NCBI GenBank assembly: GCA_009782475.1
Contig: WRIZ01000004.1
Coordinates: forward strand, 3,989-67,988
Origin: Oscillospiraceae bacterium
Lineage (GTDB): Bacteria > Bacillota > Clostridia > Oscillospirales > UBA929
DNA: 64,000 nt
Direction: 5' to 3'
Shown: positions 33,881 to 43,657 of the stretch, piece after piece
Layout: every line of letters begins with the position of its first letter
How positions within the stretch are numbered: the first letter of the stretch is position 1
Program-made: the position numbers and the translations under genes
Notes under the pieces: model-generated
The model's database searches: none
What the model was told of the DNA's origin: nothing
Seen by the model: the letters and a program-made list of their open reading frames with translations, nothing else

Positions 33881-36049
33881 ATGCAGGAAAAAACCCATTC
33901 TCTTTGGGAGACGGGGGCGGAAGATTCCCGGTTTCAGGGAGCACCTGTTTCCCAAATCGGCCATAGGCTGATGTGCCTTGCGGCTTTCCCCGGCGTCCCT
34001 GCAGCCGCGCTGCTGGTGATTCTGAAATTCGGGGGTTACAAGGCTCTTCTGTCTGCCATCATTACCTTTGGTGTTCTATGCTTTATCTGCGGCACCGTCA
34101 CGTCCGCGCTGAGGATCAAGTGGGGGCTGGGCGGCACGTATGTAGACGGCGTGACCCTGAACTACAACGGCGGCTTCAAGGAAACCTTTCTGTATCTGCT
34201 GAAGACAAGGCTGCTTAGTCTGCTTGCCATGGCGGTGATCGCCCCGGCCGCGCTCCTTTTGCTGTTCGGCCTTTACACAGGGACAGCCTCCATAGCCGAT
34301 TTCCTGACCGAGAAACTGCCTTTTTGGGTTGGGTTGATCGTATCAGGCATATTTTGGGTGTTATTGATCGTAATCGGTTTGGCATTGCTGGCGGCGATCG
34401 TTTCCCCGACAGGGTTTGCCTCGGCTGCCGTCAATCGGTTTGTTTACAGGCGCACCTCCCCGGCGGGGATGCCCGCCGACCCCAATAAATCGGGATTTAT
34501 CGGAAACTTTTTGCATATCATTGTTCCGCGCATTATGATCACCACCATCCCTGTCACCATCACGCTGATGACGGGGCTGATACCCCTGCGGCAGCATTCC
34601 GAGGAGTTTATGACCAGGTATCTTTCCCTTTACGGAAACGGGAATAAGGAACCTGCCATGAAGATTTGGACAATGCTGCAAAACATTGTCCACCGGGGTT
34701 TTTCTGTTTTGGACGTTCCGTCAGACACGAGAGACCCTCACGCATACCCCTTCTATCAGGAAACAACGACCATTATTTGGACTGCCATCCTGCTCGGCAT
34801 CGCCTTTCTCGTCCTGTGGCCTTGGTACCGCTACAGGATGATGAAATGGGAAATCAACAATACCGTTGTTGACGGTTATCAGATGGTTTTCAAAGCAAGG
34901 ATGAACGATTATTTCCTGCAATGGTTTGCCCAGGGATTCCTTGTGATCATCACACTCGGGCTTTACGGGGCGTTGGGCTTTTTCCGCACCAGCATGTGGA
35001 AGTTCCGCGTCAAGCATACCCATGTATTCGTCCCCGCATCGGCGCAGGCCAAACGCGACTCCTACATCGTTTCGGCAGATGAGCTGAATATGTCGTGGCG
35101 CGCAAAGCTGCGCTCCACGATCAACGCAACCTCGCGCGGCAAGGCAAAAAGCTATTTCAAACGGTACTGGACATTGTATGCCCTTTTGGTCATTCCCCTT
35201 GTCTATATCCTCATTTTCAAATACATCCCCATGCTCTTTATCCAAATCGGCGCCAAGGAAAACAACATCGTCTTTTCCATTTGGGACGTCCCTTGGGCAA
35301 AGAATTTCGGGTTTGAGCATTTTATCACGGCCTTTGACAGCACGGCGTTCAAGCAGGCACTGAGGAATACCTTAGTCCTCAACGGGCTTGATCTTGTGTT
35401 CGGGTTCCCCATGCCTATAGTTTTGGCCATCCTGCTCAACGAACTGGCCTTCAAAAAGTTCAAACGCTTTTCACAAACGATCTTCTATATGCCGCACTTC
35501 CTTTCTTGGGTCATCATCGCCTCCCTCTCACTCCAGCTCTTCAACCCGTCGAGCGGGCTGATCAATATGTTTTTACAAAGGCTGGGATTGAGCGGCATAG
35601 ACCCATTCAATCTGCCGTTCCAGTGGGTCATCATGTTTGTTTTCCTCGGCGTTTGGCAAAGCGCGGGCTGGGGGACGATCATCTATTTGGCCGCCATCAC
35701 CAACATCAACCCCGAACTCTATGAAGCGGCCAACGTAGACGGCGCGGGACGGATGCGAAAGATTTGGCATATTACCCTGCCGGGACTGCGCCCCACCATC
35801 ATCATCCTGCTGATCATGCGGATGGGCGGCATCATCGGCAGCGACTTCGAGCGACCTTACGCCCTCAAGAATACCATCATCTCAAACTGGTCTGACGTCT
35901 TATCCATCTATGTCTACGAATACGGATTGCGGGGTCAAAAATACTCGCTGACAGCATCGGTCGGCATTTTCCAGTCGGTCGTCTGCCTCATTTTCCTGTT
36001 CGGGGCCAACGCACTCGCCAAGAAGTTTGGCGAGCGCGGCGTCATGTAG
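33881..36049 (+). CDS. fusion protein: about 400-aa polytopic N-terminal domain (DUF898/YjgN-like repeats) joined to an LplB-type sugar ABC permease
   Basis: ATG 33881 follows GGAGGGAGG. The N-terminal part has two W-x-(G/N)-x3-VDG ... TLGLYG-type repeats. From about 35090 the sequence is a typical LplB/YtcP permease (YWTLYALLVIPLVYILIFKYIPM, EAANVDGAGRMRKIWHITLP). No stop codon separates the two parts. Confidence 0.8.
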   Translation: MQEKTHSLWETGAEDSRFQGAPVSQIGHRLMCLAAFPGVPAAALLVILKFGGYKALLSAIITFGVLCFICGTVTSALRIKWGLGGTYVDGVTLNYNGGFKETFLYLLKTRLLSLLAMAVIAPAALLLLFGLYTGTASIADFLTEKLPFWVGLIVSGIFWVLLIVIGLALLAAIVSPTGFASAAVNRFVYRRTSPAGMPADPNKSGFIGNFLHIIVPRIMITTIPVTITLMTGLIPLRQHSEEFMTRYLSLYGNGNKEPAMKIWTMLQNIVHRGFSVLDVPSDTRDPHAYPFYQETTTIIWTAILLGIAFLVLWPWYRYRMMKWEINNTVVDGYQMVFKARMNDYFLQWFAQGFLVIITLGLYGALGFFRTSMWKFRVKHTHVFVPASAQAKRDSYIVSADELNMSWRAKLRSTINATSRGKAKSYFKRYWTLYALLVIPLVYILIFKYIPMLFIQIGAKENNIVFSIWDVPWAKNFGFEHFITAFDSTAFKQALRNTLVLNGLDLVFGFPMPIVLAILLNELAFKKFKRFSQTIFYMPHFLSWVIIASLSLQLFNPSSGLINMFLQRLGLSGIDPFNLPFQWVIMFVFLGVWQSAGWGTIIYLAAITNINPELYEAANVDGAGRMRKIWHITLPGLRPTIIILLIMRMGGIIGSDFERPYALKNTIISNWSDVLSIYVYEYGLRGQKYSLTASVGIFQSVVCLIFLFGANALAKKFGERGVM

Positions 36050-36055
36050 GGGGGA

Positions 36056-37138
36056 ATGAATATGGATTGGTTTTACATTATTGCAGCGGGAATTGCGGCC
36101 GCGATACAAATACCCTGGACAGTGGTAACGATATTCCGGGTGAGAGACAAAAAGGCCAACCCTTGGGCACTGATTGTTATCTGGATCGTTGTCCCCTTCT
36201 TGGTGTATTGGCTTTCGTTCATATTGGGCGTCTTCATCGCCGTATTCTCTCTTGTGTGGCAGCTGCTGAACATCATATACGGAAAAAAGCCCAAAGCAGG
36301 CGATTGGATGATCGCGTTCATCTGCACCCTTATCATCGTCGTCTGCATCCTCCCGCTGATCAACATCCTTGCGCGTTCCCTCAGCGACGCCGAAGCCCTG
36401 ATGCGCAGCGAGGTCTTCCTTTGGCCCAAAGGCTGGAACTTTGACGCGTATAAGCGGGTGCTGTCCGACGCTAAGTTCACATGGGCGCTGGCTTGGACGG
36501 CCTTCTTAACCGTCGCGGGCGTCGTCCTCTCGATTTTCATCACCACCATCGCGGCCTATCCGCTCATTTATGATAACCTCAAAGGCCGCGCCGTCATCAA
36601 CACCGCCATTATATTCACCATGTATTTCGGAGCCGGCACCATTCCCATGTACATACTTTTGAACGATTTGAACATGCTGGATACATGGCCGGTGCTGTTG
36701 GTGCCGTATTGCCTGAGCGTTTTCAATATGATCATCATGCGAAGTTTCTTCTACGGCATCCCCGACAGCTTGCGCGAATCGGCCGAAATCGACGGCGCAG
36801 GGCCGGTTCGGGTGCTGGTCAGCATTTATATCCCGCTTTCAACGTCCGTCATTGCCACGCTGTCGCTTTTCTATGCCGTCGGCCGCTGGAATTCCTACAC
36901 AGACGCCCTTTACTTCATCAGCAACAAAACGTATTTTCCCATCCAGCTGCTGCTGTATAACCTGCTGAAAAGCCTCCAGTCGATCGATCCGGCGCAGGAA
37001 GTTGTAAGGACGCCCGGTTTGTCTGAAACATTGAGGATGGCCGCGGTCATGTTTGCCACCGTCCCCATCCTGCTCATTTACCCGTGGCTGCAGCGATACT
37101 TCGTGGCCGGCGTGACGCTCGGCTCGGAAAAAGGTTGA
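36056..37138 (+). CDS. carbohydrate ABC transporter permease (LplC-type) with an N-terminal extension of about 65 aa and 2 TM segments
   Basis: EAA loop SAEIDGAGPVRVLVSIYIPLS. The core of about 295 aa is preceded by additional hydrophobic helices. Confidence 0.85.
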   Translation: MNMDWFYIIAAGIAAAIQIPWTVVTIFRVRDKKANPWALIVIWIVVPFLVYWLSFILGVFIAVFSLVWQLLNIIYGKKPKAGDWMIAFICTLIIVVCILPLINILARSLSDAEALMRSEVFLWPKGWNFDAYKRVLSDAKFTWALAWTAFLTVAGVVLSIFITTIAAYPLIYDNLKGRAVINTAIIFTMYFGAGTIPMYILLNDLNMLDTWPVLLVPYCLSVFNMIIMRSFFYGIPDSLRESAEIDGAGPVRVLVSIYIPLSTSVIATLSLFYAVGRWNSYTDALYFISNKTYFPIQLLLYNLLKSLQSIDPAQEVVRTPGLSETLRMAAVMFATVPILLIYPWLQRYFVAGVTLGSEKG

Positions 37139-37183
37139 CCCCTTGGTACGCCGAAGTACCAAATAAAATATAGGAGGATAACC

Positions 37184-38911
37184 ATGAAAAAAGCATTATC
37201 ACTGTTGCTTGCCAGCTTCATGCTTCTCGGGTTGCTTGCCGCTTGCGGTTCCGAGAACAGCGATGGCGGCGACGGAGGTCTGGAAGACCTCAGGCCTTCC
37301 ACCACCCCCTCAGGCGACGGAACGGTTGCCATGCCGTCCCCGTCCGACACGGAAACAACGGACGATGACCCCGACCTCGACGGCGTTTTCTTCAAAGAAA
37401 GACGCCAAATCTCGGTTGAGGTGTTCGACCGCGAAACCGACCCCGGAAGCCCGGCCAACAACAACGTCTATACCGATTTCCTCAAAGAGAAGGCTTTGGA
37501 GCTCCACAACATCGAAATCACCGAATACAGAGCCATGCCGCGCCATGAAGAAGATTCAACCATCCCGTTGTGGCTGGCGTCCGGCACCGCCCCCGACGTC
37601 TGCATCACGTACAACTATGCCGCCATTCAGGAATATGCCGGCATGGGCGCAGTCCATGATTTGGAGCCGCTGGTTCACGGATACCGCGACCGTTTGAACC
37701 ACCTTTGGGATCTGTTCGGCGAATACCTCATTTACTATGCCCGCGACCCCGCCAACGGCCACATTTGGTGGATGGAAACCTATAAAGCGGACACCTCCCG
37801 CCTCAACACTTTTATGCGCGAAGACTGGCTCAAAACTCTCAATCTTGCCGAACCCAATACCATTCAGGAATTCGAGAATGTACTGATCGCCTTCCGCGAT
37901 AATGCCGAAACGCTTCTGCCCGGCAACGCGGACAAAATGATTCCCTTCCAGGTCGACTCCGATCCGGGCTGGACGACCGAAAACATGATGATGGCGTTTG
38001 TTCCCAGCGACATTTCCATGAAAGACAAATATATCTACGGATTTGACGACAGAAAAATCACATGGCCCGGTATCAAAGAAGGCGTCCGTATGCTCAACAA
38101 ATGGTATAACGACGACCTTCTTTGGAATGATTTCGCCCTCTACGGGCCAGGGGCAAAGTATGCCGACGACGTTAAGCAAGCCGGTTATGTCGGGGCGTTT
38201 ATGCAGTCCTGGAACTACCCGTACCGCGACAACCCCTCCTATCAAGCAACACTTCAGCAGCAAGTCGGCCCTGAGGCGTCATTTATCGCCATCGACCCGT
38301 TCCAAAACGACGCCGGCAAAAAGTATAAAAGACTCAGTGACTCCAACGACCGTAAGATTTTCTTCCCCACCACCAATAAAGAGCCCAAAGCGTCCATCTT
38401 CTATATCGATATGCTTTGCCGTCCCGACATCATCACCTATCTGCAGCTCGGCAAAGAAGGCGTCAACTACGAGCTTAAAGACGGCGTCCCGACTAAAATC
38501 TTGTATGAAGCGGGCGACCCGGGCTGGGATGAATATATCAAATATTTCATCAACTCCCACTACAACATCGACCTCCTCATGTCGATCAACGAGCTGTATG
38601 AAGGCGGATTGACCGCCCTCGCTCAGGCGACAAGCTATGACGTCGAACCGAGACTGATCCTGAAAGCGGTTGAATGCGCGCAGAACGACGCTCTTCAAAC
38701 ACCCTATCACAACTTCGGCACCATCGAGGCCGAATCGGGCATGATGGAAGTGCTGAAAACCAAACGCAACGAGATGCTCAACCGTTCCATCAAAGTTCCG
38801 GTAGCCGAATTTGACAGCACCTTTGACGCCGGAATGAGGGAATATATGGAAACCGGCGGCCAAGCCATCCAAGACGAGCGCAGAGAAAAATGGGAGATGT
38901 ATATGGAGTAA
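37184..38911 (+). CDS. extracellular solute-binding lipoprotein (LplA-type, large family 1 SBP)
   Basis: Lipobox LLGLLAACGS followed by a low-complexity linker. The 575-aa length is typical of LplA-like oligosaccharide binders. Confidence 0.88.
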   Translation: MKKALSLLLASFMLLGLLAACGSENSDGGDGGLEDLRPSTTPSGDGTVAMPSPSDTETTDDDPDLDGVFFKERRQISVEVFDRETDPGSPANNNVYTDFLKEKALELHNIEITEYRAMPRHEEDSTIPLWLASGTAPDVCITYNYAAIQEYAGMGAVHDLEPLVHGYRDRLNHLWDLFGEYLIYYARDPANGHIWWMETYKADTSRLNTFMREDWLKTLNLAEPNTIQEFENVLIAFRDNAETLLPGNADKMIPFQVDSDPGWTTENMMMAFVPSDISMKDKYIYGFDDRKITWPGIKEGVRMLNKWYNDDLLWNDFALYGPGAKYADDVKQAGYVGAFMQSWNYPYRDNPSYQATLQQQVGPEASFIAIDPFQNDAGKKYKRLSDSNDRKIFFPTTNKEPKASIFYIDMLCRPDIITYLQLGKEGVNYELKDGVPTKILYEAGDPGWDEYIKYFINSHYNIDLLMSINELYEGGLTALAQATSYDVEPRLILKAVECAQNDALQTPYHNFGTIEAESGMMEVLKTKRNEMLNRSIKVPVAEFDSTFDAGMREYMETGGQAIQDERREKWEMYME

Positions 38912-39033
38912 GAAGAACCGAACAGCCCGGCAACGCCAAGCGTAAGCTAGGCGTGTTGCGGAAAGAGGCAATTCACTTGCCTCGTCTGCAAACGCCCGCT
39001 GGGCGTTGTGAGGTTTGACAATCCCGTATACTC

Positions 39034-39061
39034 AAAAAAACCGCCTTCGGGCGGTTTTTTG
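39034..39061. terminator. bidirectional intrinsic terminator
   Basis: AAAAAAA-CCGCC-ttcg-GGCGG-TTTTTT, between convergent genes. Two more hairpins lie just upstream (38927-38955 and 38990-39010). Confidence 0.7.
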
Positions 39062-39073
39062 TTGGTTGATACA

Positions 39074-39832
39074 TTATCCGATTACATTTCTCATGTCGTA
39101 AAGCCCCGGTTTGGTCACATCGGCCATAAACAACGCCGCGCGGATGGCTCCGGCCGCGAACACCTCGCGGCTCCGCGCCGAATGACCGAGGGTGATGATC
39201 TCGTCGTGCCCCGCAAAGACGACTTCGTGCTCCCCGACAATGGTTCCGCCCCGCACGCTGTGGAAACCGACTTCCCGCTCCCCGCGCACTTCCCGTTTGG
39301 GCTGGCGGTCGTAAACCGGTTCCGGCTGATAGGGCAGCGCGCCGGACAGCGCGTCATAGAGCATCAGCGCGGTGCCGCTGGGCGCGTCTACTTTGCTGCG
39401 GTGATGGCGTTCGATGATCTCCACATCAAAGTCCGTCCCGAGAACGGCCGCCGCCGTTTTTGCAAGCTCCAATAAGAGATAGATGCCAAGCGACATATTG
39501 CCCGAACGGAATACAGGGATGGTTTGCGCCGCTTCTTCCATTTTTTTCAAATGCGCCGCGTCATACCCTGTGGCGCACAGCGTCAGCGGGACAGACCGCT
39601 CCCCGCAGTAGGCCAGCAGCCCGTCCAAAGCGGCAGGGCTGGAGAAATCCACCACAACGTCGGGACGTTCCGGGCAGCCGGAAGGATCGGGAACGATTGG
39701 GTAACCGAACGCCGAACCGCCGGTGAGTATGTCGCATCCGGCGATGACCGATATGTCTTCCCGCCCTAAAATCAGGCGGGACACCATTTGACCCATGCGG
39801 CCGCCGCAGCCGCAGAGCAGCATCTTTCGCAT
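39074..39832 (-). CDS. dapB: 4-hydroxy-tetrahydrodipicolinate reductase
   Basis: GCGGRMG N-terminus and ERHHRSKVDAPSGTAL. Confidence 0.93.
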   Translation of the reverse strand: MRKMLLCGCGGRMGQMVSRLILGREDISVIAGCDILTGGSAFGYPIVPDPSGCPERPDVVVDFSSPAALDGLLAYCGERSVPLTLCATGYDAAHLKKMEEAAQTIPVFRSGNMSLGIYLLLELAKTAAAVLGTDFDVEIIERHHRSKVDAPSGTALMLYDALSGALPYQPEPVYDRQPKREVRGEREVGFHSVRGGTIVGEHEVVFAGHDEIITLGHSARSREVFAAGAIRAALFMADVTKPGLYDMRNVIG

Positions 39833-39839
39833 AGCGTGT

Positions 39840-40727
39840 CTACACCGCCAATCCGTAATCCTTCATAACCGTTTTCAGCATTTCTGCATTCTTCGGAAGC
39901 ATGTCGCACAGCGGCATACGCACCCCGCCGACGTCCATGCCCAGCATGTTCATCGCCGCTTTGACGGGAACGGGGTTGACTTCACAGCCGAGCGCATCCA
40001 TCAAGGGGATGGCTTTGAGAAAACGCCGCTCGCTTTCTTTGACATTGCCGTCCAGCCAAAGTTTGCAAATGGCCTGCATTTCGGCGGGAATGATGTTGGT
40101 GGCGACCGAAATGACGCCCAAACCGCCCAAAGCCATGATCGGCAGCGTTTCATTGTCGTTGCCGCTCCATATGAGCATGTCGTCGCCCACATGGGCGCGA
40201 AGCTGCGCCATCAGCTTGAAATCCCCCGACGCTTCTTTGACGCCAACGATGCGTTCGTGTTTGGAAAGCTCTTTGTATGTTTCCAGCGTATATCCCATCA
40301 CACAGCGCGCCGGGATGTGATAGAGGATGATCGGTTTATCCACCCGGTCGGCGATGGTATGGTAATGCTTGATCAAGCCGTGCTGTGTTGTCTTGTTGTA
40401 ATAGGGCGTGACGATCAAAAGGGCGTCCGCGCCCAATTTACAGGCTTCGGTGCTCAGTTCCACCGCGTGCCGGGTGTCGTTGGCACCTGTCCCGGCGACG
40501 ACCGGGATACGCCCCGCTGTCCGCTTGACGGCATACCCGATGGTTGCCAAATGCTCTTCATCCGTCAAGGTAGACGCTTCGCCTGTTGTCCCGCAGACAA
40601 TGATGGCTTGCGTTCCTTGACCGACTTGCTGATCGATCAGTTCGCCGAACTTGTCAAAGTTGACCTTCCCGTCACGGAAAGGCGTGACAATGGCAACGGC
40701 CGAGCCGGTAAATACAGGTGTTTTCAT
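39840..40727 (-). CDS. dapA: 4-hydroxy-tetrahydrodipicolinate synthase
   Basis: GSAVAIVTPF, GTTGEASTLTDEEH and IVGVKEASGD (Schiff-base Lys). Confidence 0.95.
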   Translation of the reverse strand: MKTPVFTGSAVAIVTPFRDGKVNFDKFGELIDQQVGQGTQAIIVCGTTGEASTLTDEEHLATIGYAVKRTAGRIPVVAGTGANDTRHAVELSTEACKLGADALLIVTPYYNKTTQHGLIKHYHTIADRVDKPIILYHIPARCVMGYTLETYKELSKHERIVGVKEASGDFKLMAQLRAHVGDDMLIWSGNDNETLPIMALGGLGVISVATNIIPAEMQAICKLWLDGNVKESERRFLKAIPLMDALGCEVNPVPVKAAMNMLGMDVGGVRMPLCDMLPKNAEMLKTVMKDYGLAV

Positions 40728-40742
40728 GATGGAAAATACCCC

Positions 40743-41822
40743 CTAATCCATATATCCTTCGGCGCAAAGCAATTCCGCCGCCAGTATCCCGCCGCCGGCC
40801 GCGCCGCGCAGCGTGTTGTGTGAGAGGGAAACGAATTTGATGTCGTATTGCGTATCTTCACGCAGCCGCCCAACCGAAACGGCCATGCCGTTTTCCAGGT
40901 TGCGGTCGAGTTTTGTCTGCGGACGGTCGGGTTCAGGGAAGTAATGAATGAATTGCTTGGGAGCCGACGGCAAAGCCAACGCCTGCGGGATGCCGGAATA
41001 GGATTTCCAGCGGTCAACGACTTCCTGAAGCGAGGGTTTCTTGGCAAAGGAGGCGAAAACAGCCGCCATATGCCCGTCGGTCACCGGGACGCGGATACAC
41101 TGGGTTGTGATGTCCGGCTCGGAGGCATTGACGATGACGCCGCCCTCAATCTGACCCCAAATTCTCATCGGTTCTTTTTCGCTCTTTTCCTCTTCGCCCG
41201 GGATGAGCGGGATGACGTTATCCGTCATTTCCGGCCAGCTCTTGAAATTCTTGCCCGCGCCCGATATGGCCTGATAGGTGCAGGCGAGGACTTTCTCCAG
41301 CCCGAACTCCCACAGCGGGTGGAGGGCAGGCAGATAGCTCTGAAGCGAGCAGTTGCTCTTCACGGTGATAAAGCCCCGTTTCAAACCCATCCGCCGCCTG
41401 AAATACGGGATGACCTCGGCGTGCTGCGGGTTGATCTCGGGAATGATCATCGGCACGTCGGGCGTTCCGCGGTGGGCTGAGTCGTTGGAGATGACCGGGC
41501 ATTCCAGCTTGGCGTAATTCTCTTCCAACGCCCTTGTCGCTTCTTTGTTCATCGCCATCGCGGAGAAAACAAAATCCACGTTTTGCGCGATCTTCTCTAA
41601 ATCGGCCGTCGCGTCCAAAACCGTCAATCCCGCTGTTTTGGAAGGGACGGGGTCTTCCATAGCCCAACGCCCGTCAATCGCTTCGGCATATGTTCTTCCG
41701 GCGGAAGAAGGCGACGCCGCCGCATGGGTGACGGTGAACCACGGGTGATTGGCCAGCAGGGTGACAAACCGCTGCCCGACCATGCCGGTCGCGCCCAGCA
41801 CCCCTACGCTATATTTCTTCAT
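40743..41822 (-). CDS. asd: aspartate-semialdehyde dehydrogenase
   Basis: VGVLGATGMVGQRF, the SNCSLQ active-site Cys region, and HNTLRGAAGG. Start at ATG 41822. Confidence 0.93.
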   Translation of the reverse strand: MKKYSVGVLGATGMVGQRFVTLLANHPWFTVTHAAASPSSAGRTYAEAIDGRWAMEDPVPSKTAGLTVLDATADLEKIAQNVDFVFSAMAMNKEATRALEENYAKLECPVISNDSAHRGTPDVPMIIPEINPQHAEVIPYFRRRMGLKRGFITVKSNCSLQSYLPALHPLWEFGLEKVLACTYQAISGAGKNFKSWPEMTDNVIPLIPGEEEKSEKEPMRIWGQIEGGVIVNASEPDITTQCIRVPVTDGHMAAVFASFAKKPSLQEVVDRWKSYSGIPQALALPSAPKQFIHYFPEPDRPQTKLDRNLENGMAVSVGRLREDTQYDIKFVSLSHNTLRGAAGGGILAAELLCAEGYMD

Positions 41823-41945
41823 AAAATCACATCCTTCGGCAAAAAAGGTTGAACCGTACAGCACCCCTATGATATAATGTCCCCGCGGGACATTATTGAT
41901 TTGATTCTAATATACATAGGCTTGACCTGTCAAGGAGATTTTAAT

Positions 41946-43589
41946 ATGAAGCGTTTTGCCTGCCTGCTGCTGTGCGCCGCTTTGCTTCTGCTGCTTCTCC
42001 CGCAGCCGTATGTGAAAGCCGCGCCCGAGCCCAATCCTCTCATGCGGATCGGCTTGACTTACGGCTCAAACGCGTTGGCTGCGGCCAATCTTCAAACCCA
42101 CGCCGGACAGGGGTATGAGTTCGGTTATATCAACAACGATTTGATTTATATATCACTGGGAAAGACGAGCGAAGGCAAGATCACCGTTGTCAAAAACCGC
42201 AATGTATATTTATCGGGCGGCGTTTACAGCGATACGGCTTCCGATAACGCCGTCGGGGCGTTCCATACCCCGCATGGGACATATCCGTCCCGTGAGGAGG
42301 CTGAAACAGCCGTGCAGTCTCTCCGGGAAGAGGGAACCCCTGCGTTTGTGTCCTATCGGAGCGGCTCGTGGCTGGTACGCTCGTCCAGTTTCACCGATTC
42401 GGGCGGCGGCGTGAGGGAAACCGGAAGCAGCCGCTGTGTATCGGTCGTCGTCACCGGAACCACCGAGATCATCTTTCAGTTCGACTACGGCGAAGCGTTC
42501 GATTTCTGCGTACGCCCCATCGCGCCGGAAGGGGGGGCGGCGGTGACCCTGCACAGGGATTACCGCTACAACGGCATGTTTGAGTTCCGCCGTCAAGACG
42601 GCAACAACATCACCGTCATCAACGCGGTGGATATGCAGGAATATGTCAAAGGCATCGTCCCGTATGAAATGAGCCCTACATGGCCGGTCGAAGCCCTCAA
42701 AGCGCAGGCTGTCTGCGCGAGGAGTTATACCATGGCCAATCTAAATAGGCACAAGAGCGACGGATTCAACCTCTGCACCACCATCCACTGCCATGTCTAT
42801 CGCGGCACGTCGCAAGCGTCGGCCAACTCCAACCGCGCCGTTGATGAAACTTACGGCCAGTACCTGCTGTACAACGGGCAGTCCTGCAACACCGTGTATC
42901 ATTCCTCCGACGGCGGTGCCACCGAAAACAGCGAAAATGTGTGGTATGAAGCCGTTCCCTATCTGCGCGGCGTTCTTGACCCGTATGAGGACGCCTCCAA
43001 AATCATCGGGAATTACAGTTGGAGCTATACCGTCACAAACGCGCAGCTTTCGGCTCATTTGAATCAAGCCGGGCGGGCAAATTCAGGCGTTTCGGCGTTC
43101 TACATAGACCGATATACGCCCACGGGCAATGTGTATTCGGTGACGGTACTGGACAGCGGCGGGGGAACGCTGGCCATATACACAAAGGAATCGGCCCGAA
43201 CCTTCCTCCGCGGGCTGGTCGGCGCACCCGCCAATATGTCGCTCTCCCTGCGGTATAGCATCACATCGGGCAACGCCATGCTGTCCGTCCTTCCGGCCGA
43301 CGGCAATATCCGGGCTTACAGCGATCCGGGCAGCCTCTTCGTCATTGGCGGGGACGGAAACATCACCTCTCTTCCGGGTTCAGCCATGATTATCTCAGCC
43401 GGCGGGGTATCCGGCATTCCTGTCGGCTCCAACCCCACTCCCGGCGTCTACACCGTCAGCGGCAAAGGCAACGGCCACAATGTGGGTATGAGCCAATGGG
43501 GTGCGCGCTGCATGGCTGATTTGGGGATGACGTATGATCATATACTCAGGCACTATTTCACCGGGGTGGAAATCACGGCGGTTGGGTAG
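41946..43589 (+). CDS. SpoIID/LytB-domain protein (secreted)
   Basis: Signal peptide MKRFACLLLCAALLLLLLPQPYVKA. SpoIID blocks EALKAQAVCARSYT, HSSDGGATEN and GHNVGMSQWGA. Confidence 0.85.
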   Translation: MKRFACLLLCAALLLLLLPQPYVKAAPEPNPLMRIGLTYGSNALAAANLQTHAGQGYEFGYINNDLIYISLGKTSEGKITVVKNRNVYLSGGVYSDTASDNAVGAFHTPHGTYPSREEAETAVQSLREEGTPAFVSYRSGSWLVRSSSFTDSGGGVRETGSSRCVSVVVTGTTEIIFQFDYGEAFDFCVRPIAPEGGAAVTLHRDYRYNGMFEFRRQDGNNITVINAVDMQEYVKGIVPYEMSPTWPVEALKAQAVCARSYTMANLNRHKSDGFNLCTTIHCHVYRGTSQASANSNRAVDETYGQYLLYNGQSCNTVYHSSDGGATENSENVWYEAVPYLRGVLDPYEDASKIIGNYSWSYTVTNAQLSAHLNQAGRANSGVSAFYIDRYTPTGNVYSVTVLDSGGGTLAIYTKESARTFLRGLVGAPANMSLSLRYSITSGNAMLSVLPADGNIRAYSDPGSLFVIGGDGNITSLPGSAMIISAGGVSGIPVGSNPTPGVYTVSGKGNGHNVGMSQWGARCMADLGMTYDHILRHYFTGVEITAVG

Positions 43590-43657
43590 GCAAAAACCGC
43601 CGTTTTCCGCATGGGTATTGTGTCTATAATATGTTTATTACTCAATAGGAGAAACCA

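Noticed and set aside
39795-40823. A 342-aa plus-strand ORF opposite dapA and dapB.
   Set aside because: This is the same mirror-frame effect in a GC-rich, codon-biased gene. dapA and dapB have clear catalytic motifs on the minus strand.
41823-41945. A lysine (L-box) riboswitch upstream of asd-dapA-dapB.
   Set aside because: The divergent intergenic region is only about 120 bp and contains just promoter-like elements. There is no room for, and no resemblance to, the ~180-nt L-box architecture.
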